Of a stretch of 64,000 nucleotides of DNA, positions 30,137 to 38,378 are shown one piece after another. The DNA is from an uncultured Fibrobacterota bacterium. Its GTDB lineage: Bacteria > Fibrobacterota > Chitinivibrionia > Chitinivibrionales > FEN-1185. Positions within the stretch are counted from its first letter, which is position 1. The number at the start of each line of letters is the position of its first letter. The notes below the pieces were generated by a model, which was not told where the DNA came from, made no database searches, and saw only the letters and a list, made by a program, of their open reading frames with translations. Location of the stretch: the NCBI GenBank assembly GCA_963729895.1, contig CAVSQB010000012.1, positions 64,001 to 128,000 of the forward strand, given 5' to 3'. The translations under genes were made by a program, and so were the position numbers.

Positions 30137-32322
30137 TAAATTAAATTACTCCCTTGCACAAATCGCCGGAAATGTATTCCTGAAAGAAGCAAAACAAGCA
30201 GTCCGGCGCAGAGAAGCGACAGGTCGGTCCAGTCGCTGCACTGCCACAGCGGCTGGTCAAACAGGCTCATTTTCTTGAACATTGAAAACACGGGACGCGC
30301 AACGGTGAGATGAGAAAGGAACGCTCCCGCGACCGGCATTTCATCAAACGGCATGAGAATTCCTGAAAAGAAGATCTGAGGAATGAATATGATGGGCAGG
30401 AAGCTGACGGCCATGTTGACATTGCGCGAAAATGCGCTTATGCACAGCCCGAGCAGGGACCCGGCCGCGCACGCGGCGCACAGGAGGAATCCGCTGCCCG
30501 CATCGAATCGAAATCCGGCAAACAGAAAGTGAATGGATGCGCCAAAAACAATTCCCTGCAACGCGCCCAAAGCGCAAAAGACCACCACCTTCGAAAGACA
30601 ATACGCGGTCTTCGACAGGCCTATCCTGAATTCCCTTTCAATCACCAACCATTCGCGGGCGATTTCGCGCGCCGAATTCATTCCCCCCATCCATATCACC
30701 GAAATCGACAGGCAGAAATAAAAGGAAAGCGGGAGAAACGTGCTGTCCGGCTTGAATACAAACGCCAGCAAAATTGCGATGAGAGGCGCCTGCGCAAGCA
30801 CGAGGCCGAGTGTCCGGGCGTCCCGCACCAGAATCCTCGAGTACCGGATCGAAAGCAGCACCATCTGTCGAACAAACGAGACGCTTTTGGGCCTGTACAA
30901 TCGTGCCTCGGCGGCGTGCCTTGCTGCGGGCGTTGTGCGACCCATGCCGCGCTTTCTTTGCGGCACGAGAGCCGGGCCCGCCGGTGTAGCGGTCAGAAGG
31001 CTTCTCGCTTTCTCGTACACCTCTGCGAGAGCAACGGTGCCGAAATTTTTCAGCATTTCGCCCGGCGTTCCGAAGAATACCAGCCTGCCGCGCGAAACAA
31101 AAAGCAATTTGTTGCACAACTCGATCTGTTCCAGCGTGTGGGTCGTAAGAAGAATCGTGTGTCCCTTATCGCAAATCGACCGAAACAGTTCCATAAACTT
31201 GTGGGTGAGCCCAGGGTCGAGGCCCGCGAGCGGCTCATCAAGGAAGATCACGGTCGGCGAAGAGAGCAGTTCAATGCCGAAGTGAACGCGCTTGGCCTCC
31301 CCTCCCGACAGGTCCGCAATTCTCCTGTTCCTGAGGCCGGCCAGGTCGAGGAGATCCGTCACTTCACGAATGCGCTCCCGATGCTCCGCGGGCAAGCTGT
31401 CGCGCGGCAGCCGCAGGATGCTTTGTTCCGTAAAGGTCTCGAGCACCGTGAGCTCCTGACGAAGGAGGTTCTGCTGCGTCACGAACCCGATGGTCGAATT
31501 GAAGGCCGAACAGAACCTGCGCATAGGGAGCCCGTTATAAAAAATCGAGCCGCCCGACAGAGGAATCTGGCCGGTGAGCGCATAGGCCAGCGTCGACTTG
31601 CCCGCGCCCGACGGGCCCAAAATCGCAACGAACTCGCCCGGCTCGATTGCCAGGGAAACGTCGCTGATGAGCGTCGATCGTCCGCGCTGGACGCTAACGT
31701 CGAAGGCCTCAATGGAGATCCTGTTGAAATCCTGGGCCTTCTTAAGGGAGCCGTTGTCCAAAAAGAAACGGTACGGTCCGATCTGCACAATATCGCCATC
31801 GTCAAGGAACCTGTTGTGGACCGGATTGCCGTTCACAAACGTTCCGTTTGTGCTGGCGTGATCCTCAATGGAGTACCGGTGTCCGCCCGCCGATTTGAAT
31901 GTCGCGTGAAACCGGGAAACGAGCGGATGAGACAGGCAGATGATGCTTGAGGGATCGCGGCCGATGGTGACGACGTCGCGCTCCTGTAATTGGTGAGCAT
32001 TGTCCGCCGGCTTTTCAGCCTCTTTGAAAGGAACAAGCGTGATATTCTCTTTGTCAATCAGCACTTTGAATTTTGTCACGCCGGCGGCGAGAATCGAACC
32101 GTCGGAAAGCGCTGTTCCCGCGGTCGGCTTTCCATCAACGCGAGTGCCGAACGTGCTCCTGCAATCTTCGACCGCAACGGAGTCCCGAGTGACGTGTACA
32201 ATTGCGTGAAGGCGCGAAGCGCCGATTCCTTTGAGCGGAACGTCACACGAAGGGTCGCGGCCGATGGTTATCCTCGCGGTAGTTCTCGGAAAGACGAATC
32301 CTGAAGAAGCAGTGTCTGGCAT
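30136..32322 (-). CDS. Dual-FHA domain ABC transporter (FHA-FHA-NBD-ABC2 membrane; Rv1747-like architecture)
   Basis: Two IGR..S.xH..S.xGT FHA motifs, GPSGAGKST, LSGGE, FLDEP, C-terminal TM domain. Confidence 0.9.
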   Translation of the reverse strand: MPDTASSGFVFPRTTARITIGRDPSCDVPLKGIGASRLHAIVHVTRDSVAVEDCRSTFGTRVDGKPTAGTALSDGSILAAGVTKFKVLIDKENITLVPFKEAEKPADNAHQLQERDVVTIGRDPSSIICLSHPLVSRFHATFKSAGGHRYSIEDHASTNGTFVNGNPVHNRFLDDGDIVQIGPYRFFLDNGSLKKAQDFNRISIEAFDVSVQRGRSTLISDVSLAIEPGEFVAILGPSGAGKSTLAYALTGQIPLSGGSIFYNGLPMRRFCSAFNSTIGFVTQQNLLRQELTVLETFTEQSILRLPRDSLPAEHRERIREVTDLLDLAGLRNRRIADLSGGEAKRVHFGIELLSSPTVIFLDEPLAGLDPGLTHKFMELFRSICDKGHTILLTTHTLEQIELCNKLLFVSRGRLVFFGTPGEMLKNFGTVALAEVYEKARSLLTATPAGPALVPQRKRGMGRTTPAARHAAEARLYRPKSVSFVRQMVLLSIRYSRILVRDARTLGLVLAQAPLIAILLAFVFKPDSTFLPLSFYFCLSISVIWMGGMNSAREIAREWLVIEREFRIGLSKTAYCLSKVVVFCALGALQGIVFGASIHFLFAGFRFDAGSGFLLCAACAAGSLLGLCISAFSRNVNMAVSFLPIIFIPQIFFSGILMPFDEMPVAGAFLSHLTVARPVFSMFKKMSLFDQPLWQCSDWTDLSLLCAGLLVLLLSGIHFRRFVQGSNLI

Positions 32323-32326
32323 TGGG

Positions 32327-32932
32327 CTACTGGCCGGCGATCTCGTTGCATACAATGGCGACGACTTCTTGTTGCGTTTGTTTGAGGTCGTCGTTGACAA
32401 CAGTGTATTCGTATTTTCCTTCGGTTTTTGCGAAGTCCATTTCCTTGACTGCGTTCGTAAGCCGAAGCTCGATGGTTTCGTCGCTGTCGGCTCCCCGGCC
32501 TTTAAGGCGCTGCCGCAGGATTTCAATGGATGGAGGAAGCACCATTATTCCAACGGCGAGGGGATACGCGGCATCGAATTTCTTTTTGCCCACAACATCT
32601 ATGTCCATGATAATGTGCCTGCCCGACGCGATTACATCGTCGACAAAACGGCGCGGCGTGCCGTAGTAGTTGCCGTGAACGATTGCCCATTCGGCAAATT
32701 CGCCGGCGGCGATCTTCCGTTTGAATTCGTCTTCGCTGAGGAAGAAATAGTGCGTGCCGTCCTTTTCGCCCTTGCGCGGTTTTCGGGTCGTTGCGGAAAT
32801 TGAATATACCAGGTTGGGTACGGTATCCCTCAGATAATTGAGCAGCGTCGTCTTGCCCGCTCCCGATGCCGCCGAAAAAACAAAAATCTTGCCCGGTTTG
32901 GCCGCAACAGGATGTTTCTTGGTGGTTATCAT
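32327..32932 (-). CDS. gmk: Guanylate kinase
   Basis: SAASGAGKTT, SATTRKPRKGEKDGTHYFF, HGNYYGTP, VVNDDL. Confidence 0.95.
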   Translation of the reverse strand: MITTKKHPVAAKPGKIFVFSAASGAGKTTLLNYLRDTVPNLVYSISATTRKPRKGEKDGTHYFFLSEDEFKRKIAAGEFAEWAIVHGNYYGTPRRFVDDVIASGRHIIMDIDVVGKKKFDAAYPLAVGIMVLPPSIEILRQRLKGRGADSDETIELRLTNAVKEMDFAKTEGKYEYTVVNDDLKQTQQEVVAIVCNEIAGQ

Positions 32933-33102
32933 GGTGTCCAGCCCGAACAAAAACCAGGGAGAGCGCGGCATAAACCATGGCTTGTCCCCTGCGCGGCATA
33001 AACCCCCGGTGCGTACATTAAAGATACTTTTTGAAAACGGTTCCCCGGAGGAAATCCCAAAATTCTCAGCCTGCACAAGGAAGAGGACATTCTTCGCGGA
33101 AG

Positions 33103-33606
33103 TTATGTGCTCTTGACAAATACAACCTGGGGAAGCACATAACCGCCGGGTATGATTCCCGGCGGCATGTATTTTGTAAAGTCGCCCAGAGGGATTTGCC
33201 ACGAACCGCTGCTAATCAGATCCACACGGATCCCCGTCCTGGGAATTCCGCAGTCTATGGAATCGAGCGTTTGGGTCATAAGGTTTATTTGCTTGCAGGA
33301 CATCCGGTCCATCCAAACCGTATCTTGTTTAGTTGAGGAATTCGATGCGATTGACCATGTACCGGTTTCAATCTCCATGGTATCCGAGCCGTTGATGTTC
33401 ACGGTAATCCGATAGTCGTACGAACTGTCGTACATCATTATAATATTAAACGTGGTGTCAGGATTGTAGCGAAGCGAAAAGGACCACGTGCCGATTATCC
33501 TCGCGTCATTTTCCGGGACCTGGGGGTTACTCACAGTGTTGCTGCCGCATTGCGGCAGAAACACTCCCAAAACAATAGCCGCAAGAAACAGGCTCATTCG
33601 TTTCAT
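33103..33606 (-). CDS. Hypothetical lipoprotein
   Basis: MKRMSLFLAAIVLGVFLPQC signal with Cys; IIGTW lipocalin-like start. Confidence 0.6.
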   Translation of the reverse strand: MKRMSLFLAAIVLGVFLPQCGSNTVSNPQVPENDARIIGTWSFSLRYNPDTTFNIIMMYDSSYDYRITVNINGSDTMEIETGTWSIASNSSTKQDTVWMDRMSCKQINLMTQTLDSIDCGIPRTGIRVDLISSGSWQIPLGDFTKYMPPGIIPGGYVLPQVVFVKST

Positions 33607-33759
33607 AGGGTCGTCCGTTCGCAAAAATAACCCGCACTGCTTGAAACAAATATAATGCAAACTGAATATTATATGTTGAATTATAGCGTTTTTGCCGAAG
33701 CAGGCAATCAGATGTATTTTTACAGGCAACATCCATCAAGATAGGAAACACGCCGGAAC

Positions 33760-35325
33760 ATGGAATCCGCACCGCCGCTTTGCCGAAGTCTTTGTGCAGT
33801 AGTGGCAGTCCCACCGGTCTGCGATTTTTATTTCACGCGTCATAGGTTCTCGTCGCTTGGCGCCAAAACTGTAAACCAGATTCTGCTCAACCTCGGGTTG
33901 AAAGCCATATTTCTTGATTTCGCATCGATCAACAAGCACCCTAAAGTGATTGATCTTCCACAAGATATTGGTTATCTGAGGAAATATGTTATTCCGGACG
34001 AAACTGGAAGTCTGAGCTTCTTCACAAAATACCAGTTGTTCGGTCCTGAGCCTCATGAGTGCGCTGCAAAAATATGCGCGTTTTCACCGGCAATCTGTTT
34101 TCTAAGTTGCTTTGCGTACTCCTATGCTGAGGAACTGCTTGCTATTTCAAGAAATATAAAGAAACGGAGTCCGCACACTTTTGTAGTGGCGGGTGGTGCC
34201 GGAGTTAGCGCCTATCCGCTTTATTTTATTAGAGATAGCAGCATAAATTTCGCAATTGTCGGCGAAGCGGAGAGAAGCTTGCCTTCGTTCGTTAGTACCA
34301 TAATAAACAATCACTTAACGTTTGAGAGAGTTCCAAACGTGTTTTGGAAAAAAAACGGCATTGTTGTACCACCGGCAGAAATTGTGCCAGCGCCTTCCGA
34401 AACTATCGAACCGGTCGTGTCAAGGACGTATGAAAGTCGAAACTCAGTACATTTTTCGAGCTCGTTGACCAGGGGGTGCCCCAAACAGTGCAGATTCTGT
34501 TCCAATTCAATTTCTCATGGCACTGAGTTCAGGGTTGCTGGTCTCGAAAGGCTCGAAAACGCTTTCAATCGATTGAAAATCCATGAAATTTTACCAAAAA
34601 AGGCACTCTTCTTCAATTTTGAGGACGACAACCTGCTGCTGGACCCAGCGTATTTTCTTAAGATAATGAGCATGATCCGATCGCGATTTCCCCAAGCGAG
34701 ATTCCTTGCCGAGAACGGTCTCGATCATTCCCTGCTTTCGTTTGATCTGGCGGATCAGTTGATCGAAGCAGGATTGGCCGGTTTCAATTTCACGTTTGGA
34801 TCCGCCAACGACGAGGTTCTCTCCATTCAAAACCGTTTCCATTCTTTAGACCGTTTTGCCTCATTGGTCAGACACATATCCGGCAAAGGAATCGGTGTTC
34901 TCTCCTATTTTATCGCGGGCCTGAAAGGCGATACAAAACAAAATGTGGTTGAATCCCTTGCGTTTCTAGGCAGGCTGCCGACTCGGATTGGAATATCGAT
35001 GTTCTATGCTGTTCCAGGACTTACAGACTTTAGAGAAACAGTTATTTTTGACAGGCTTAGCCCGAAAATTGGCAACGGTTCTTCGGCCTATCCATGGAAT
35101 TCGACATTAACAACTTCAGAGCTTGTAACAGCATTTAGGCTAAGTAGATACATTAATTTATTGAAGTCGAAAAAGAAGTCGGATTTGGAACTGCGATTGA
35201 TTGAGAAAATCAAAGACGAAAAGAAACTGTTAACCTTAGTCAATGATAATAAGGCTGTTACAATCGTGGAAGTGCCGAACCTCGACAAAGAAATGGTGAG
35301 CTTGCTGCTGAAACAGTTGGAGTAA
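33760..35325 (+). CDS. Cobalamin-binding radical SAM protein
   Basis: VVAGGAG/IVGEAE B12-binding region; TRGCPKQCRFC; FEDDN. Confidence 0.85.
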   Translation: MESAPPLCRSLCAVVAVPPVCDFYFTRHRFSSLGAKTVNQILLNLGLKAIFLDFASINKHPKVIDLPQDIGYLRKYVIPDETGSLSFFTKYQLFGPEPHECAAKICAFSPAICFLSCFAYSYAEELLAISRNIKKRSPHTFVVAGGAGVSAYPLYFIRDSSINFAIVGEAERSLPSFVSTIINNHLTFERVPNVFWKKNGIVVPPAEIVPAPSETIEPVVSRTYESRNSVHFSSSLTRGCPKQCRFCSNSISHGTEFRVAGLERLENAFNRLKIHEILPKKALFFNFEDDNLLLDPAYFLKIMSMIRSRFPQARFLAENGLDHSLLSFDLADQLIEAGLAGFNFTFGSANDEVLSIQNRFHSLDRFASLVRHISGKGIGVLSYFIAGLKGDTKQNVVESLAFLGRLPTRIGISMFYAVPGLTDFRETVIFDRLSPKIGNGSSAYPWNSTLTTSELVTAFRLSRYINLLKSKKKSDLELRLIEKIKDEKKLLTLVNDNKAVTIVEVPNLDKEMVSLLLKQLE

Positions 35326-35370
35326 CCATGCATTACTGAACTGTTGCCTTTAATTCTCCCGTCGAATTCC

Positions 35371-35712
35371 TCAAGTCCTGAAAATGAAATACACTGCCCC
35401 TACGAGGCACAAACCGGACCAGAGAAAATTTAGCCTCAATGGTTGCCTCATATAGAAGATTGCAAACGGCACAAACACACTGAGCGCGATCACTTCCTGA
35501 AGGATCTTAAGCTGCCCCAGGTTGAGCGCAGAATAGCCGATCCTGTTTGCAGGAACCTGGATCATGTATTCGAAGAACGCAATCGACCAACTCACGATTG
35601 CAGCAATATACCACTTCCGGTCGAGCAGGTTTTTCAAGTGTGCGTACCATGCAAAGGTCATGAAGACGTTTGAAAGAATCAGGAGGCAGGTGGTTTTAAA
35701 AATTACCGGCAT
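35371..35712 (-). CDS. DMT-family small membrane protein (DUF486-like)
   Basis: SNVFMTFAWYAHLK...SWSIAFFEY..QVPANRIG..QLKILQEVI. Confidence 0.88.
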   Translation of the reverse strand: MPVIFKTTCLLILSNVFMTFAWYAHLKNLLDRKWYIAAIVSWSIAFFEYMIQVPANRIGYSALNLGQLKILQEVIALSVFVPFAIFYMRQPLRLNFLWSGLCLVGAVYFIFRT

Positions 35713-35802
35713 AAGATCAGTTTCTCCTTTTTTACGAGTTCTCGCGTGTCGGATTTGAAAGAAAATAATTGAACTAACCGAGGGGTACTAAACTGGCGGA
35801 AT

Positions 35803-35848
35803 CTATGCTGCGGTAACCGCAAGGGTTTCTTGACCGCTTGCGCCCTTG
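35803..35848 (-). pseudogene. Detached original 3' end of the giant kinase gene (…K-GASGQETLAVTAA-stop)
   Basis: Removing both IS3 elements and one copy of each TSD rejoins this segment in frame to ...YFKLAFK, ending at TAG 35803-35805. Confidence 0.75.
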
Positions 35849-35851
35849 TGG

Positions 35852-36709
35852 CTATACCCCAATTACTTTCTCAGTCGAAATGGGAGTTTTCTCTTTGAAT
35901 TGACCTCTGTATTCTTCAGGTGTTTTCCCCTTTAGTGATCCGTGTGGCCGTATCCGGTTGTAAATGTTCTTCCAATGTTCGATTATTCTTTCTGCGTCCT
36001 CTAATGAGATGAACCAGTTTTCATTCAAGCATTGGTCCCTGAATATCGAATTGAATGATTCTACAAAAGCATTCTGGCTGGGCTTGCCGGGCTGAATGAA
36101 TTCCTGCCTTACCTGGTTTCGTATTGCCCAGAGCATGAGTTCTTTGCTCCGGAATTCCGGGCCGTTATCAGTCAACAGAGCTTCCGGCTTTCCGTACCTG
36201 GCCACCAGGTGGTCTAGAACTTGGCAGACTCCTAGTGCTGGAATAGAACGTGCTACCTTGATTGCAAGAGCCTCACGGGTGCAGTCATCGACAACATTCA
36301 GGCATTTCAGCTTGCGCTTGTCGGAAGTACTGTCGAATATGAAATCCATTGACCAGCGACGGCTTGGCCGATCCGGCAGCGTCAACGGCATCCGTTGGCT
36401 ATTGCGTTTCTGACGCCTCCTCCGCTTGCTTTTCTGAAGCGATTCTTCCTTGTAGAGCCGATGCACACGTTTGTGATTTACTATGTACCCAAGGTTGCGG
36501 AGATACCAATAAAGCGTCGGAAAGCCCCATGAACGGAACGATGAAATGGTTTCATGCATTTTTGTTTTCAACTCGCTGTTCAAAGCCGATTCCTGCGGTC
36601 GATAGCGGTACCCTGCCGGTGTCATACCCAGAAGTCCGCATGCTTTCCGTTGACTCAGGCCTTGCCGCATTAGTGCGTCCACAGTCAGCCTACGCTGAGG
36701 ACGCTTCAC
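35852..36709 (-). CDS. IS3-family transposase OrfB (rve DDE)
   Basis: VNHKRVHRLY, WSMDF, TDNGPEF, PGKPSQNAFVESFN, RPHGSL. Confidence 0.92.
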   Translation of the reverse strand: MKRPQRRLTVDALMRQGLSQRKACGLLGMTPAGYRYRPQESALNSELKTKMHETISSFRSWGFPTLYWYLRNLGYIVNHKRVHRLYKEESLQKSKRRRRQKRNSQRMPLTLPDRPSRRWSMDFIFDSTSDKRKLKCLNVVDDCTREALAIKVARSIPALGVCQVLDHLVARYGKPEALLTDNGPEFRSKELMLWAIRNQVRQEFIQPGKPSQNAFVESFNSIFRDQCLNENWFISLEDAERIIEHWKNIYNRIRPHGSLKGKTPEEYRGQFKEKTPISTEKVIGV

Positions 36710-36972
36710 TATTTTCTTTGCAGCACTTCCTTCATTGCATCGATCTGAAGTGCCTGGTCTGCAACAATCCGCTTGAGCCGGCTGTTTTCGCCCTCGATCT
36801 CCTTCATCCTTTTCAGATCAGAGAGCTCAAGTCCGCTGTATTTGCTCTTCCAACGGAAGTACGTGTTCTCTGAAATACCATATTGACGACAAAGATCAGC
36901 GACTTTGGCTCCGCGGTCGCCCTCTTGCAGGATCCGAAAAATCTGCTCTTCACTGTAGCGCTTGCCTTTCAT
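36709..36972 (-). CDS. IS3-family transposase OrfA (HTH)
   Basis: RYSEEQI...LCRQYGISENTYFRWKSKY...ENSRLKRIVAD; TAGTG overlap with OrfB in the -1 frame. Confidence 0.92.
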   Translation of the reverse strand: MKGKRYSEEQIFRILQEGDRGAKVADLCRQYGISENTYFRWKSKYSGLELSDLKRMKEIEGENSRLKRIVADQALQIDAMKEVLQRK

Positions 36973-37133
36973 GAGTCCTCCTAGTTAGTTTAAAATAACT
37001 CGGAAAACTCCCTTCTCAAATGAGCAAGTTTTCGGGGGTATAGCCACTGAGATGGTCCGGGATTTTTGAACAGGAAATAATGGTTTCTTAGTTGGATTCC
37101 GAGGGTATTTTTTCATTATCAAAGGAGTCCAAC

Positions 37134-37496
37134 ATGAACCGGAAGCAGCAAGCGAAGGCCGCCGCGATGTCCCCGAACAGCGATGGCAACCCCGCCAAGC
37201 GGACCCGCCGCAAGATCGACGACGCTCTGAAGACGAAGGTGGTTCTGGAAGCCTTGAAGGAGGCCGAACCGCTGTCCGTTTTGGCAAGTCGGTACGAAGT
37301 CCATCCCAACCAGATAGCTCAGTGGCGCAGGCAGTTTCTTGGCAACGCGCAGATGGCTTTTTCGGGAGACAAGAACGCCGAGCAAGAGCTTGAGCGCGTT
37401 CGCGGTGATCGCGATGAGTATGCACGCAAGGTCGGGGAGCTGACCATGGATGTCGAGTTCCTAAAAAAAAACTTGCGGAAGCTGGGCATGCTATGA
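37134..37496 (+). CDS. IS3-family OrfA
   Basis: KTKVVLEAL..LASRYEVHPNQIAQWR..VGELTMDVEFLKK; A-run near the 3' end is a potential frameshift site; AAGGAG RBS. Confidence 0.88.
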   Translation: MNRKQQAKAAAMSPNSDGNPAKRTRRKIDDALKTKVVLEALKEAEPLSVLASRYEVHPNQIAQWRRQFLGNAQMAFSGDKNAEQELERVRGDRDEYARKVGELTMDVEFLKKNLRKLGML

Positions 37497-38335
37497 GAGC
37501 AAAGATGGCCGATTCTACAAGCGAGGACTTGACTTTGAAGAGGCAGTGTTCGCTGCTTTCCATTTGTCGGACCTCGATTTACTATACGCCGCAGACTAGT
37601 CCGATGAACAAGTTGCTCATGGATCGTATCGATGAGCTATTCACCGATGACCCCACGCGGGGCACCAGAAGGCTCCGGGCGGCCATGAGGCGTCAGTTTG
37701 GGCTGGAGGTTGGGCGCAGCAAGATTCGCAGGCTGATGGCCCGTATGGGCCTCCACGCGATCTACCGGGCCCTGAACACCTCGAAGCCCAATAAGGCACA
37801 CAAGAAGTACCCGTATCTGCTTCGTGGCGTAGTGGTCAACCACCCCAACCAGGTGTGGAGCACCGATATCACCTACATCCGCCTCAACGGCGGCTTCGCT
37901 TACCTCTGCGCCGTTATCGACTGGTACAGTCGGTGCGTCCTTGCATGGCGTCTGTCGACCTCGCTGGACAGCGGCTTCTGCATCGAAGTTCTCAAGGAGG
38001 CACTGGCGAAGTACGGAGAACCGGAAATCTTCAACTCGGATCAGGGATGTCAGTTCACCAGCGAGGAGTTCACCTCGGTGCTCCTTGAACGCGGTATCCG
38101 GATCAGCATGGACGGACGAGGGCGGGCGCTGGATAACGTGTTTGTCGAGAGGCTGTGGCGAACGGTCAAGTACGACGACATCTACATACGGGGGTACAGC
38201 TCCGTTGCCGAGTGCCGCACCGGCCTTGCGGAGTTCTTTGAACGGTACAACAACCGGAGGGAGCACTCGTCCCTCCTTTACAACTATCCAATGGAAGTGT
38301 ATATTGGTGAGGTAGTGCTATCAAAGGCAGCTTGA
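37493..38335 (+). CDS. IS3-family OrfB transposase
   Basis: YPYLLR, PNQVWSTDITYI, FNSDQGCQFTS, SMDGRGRALDNVFVERLWRTVKY. Confidence 0.92.
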   Translation: MRAKMADSTSEDLTLKRQCSLLSICRTSIYYTPQTSPMNKLLMDRIDELFTDDPTRGTRRLRAAMRRQFGLEVGRSKIRRLMARMGLHAIYRALNTSKPNKAHKKYPYLLRGVVVNHPNQVWSTDITYIRLNGGFAYLCAVIDWYSRCVLAWRLSTSLDSGFCIEVLKEALAKYGEPEIFNSDQGCQFTSEEFTSVLLERGIRISMDGRGRALDNVFVERLWRTVKYDDIYIRGYSSVAECRTGLAEFFERYNNRREHSSLLYNYPMEVYIGEVVLSKAA

Positions 38336-38378
38336 CGAGCAAGACAGGCAAGGCCAACTAAGCAATCAGAAATTCCTG

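Larger units (their letters stand above)
35849..37046 (-). mobile_element. IS3-family insertion sequence A (1198 bp)
   Basis: TG...CA ends with IR core TGGCTATACCCC; 4-bp TSD CTTG (35845-35848; second copy 38403-38406, displaced by IS B). Confidence 0.9.

Noticed and set aside
30529..31950. 473-aa plus-strand ORF
   Set aside because: Antisense to the FHA-ABC transporter; no domain signal.
32323..33202. N-terminal extensions of the ORF-track calls for FHA-ABC (to 32526) and gmk (to 33202)
   Set aside because: They overlap neighbouring real genes; starts at 32322 and 32932 give normal domain boundaries.
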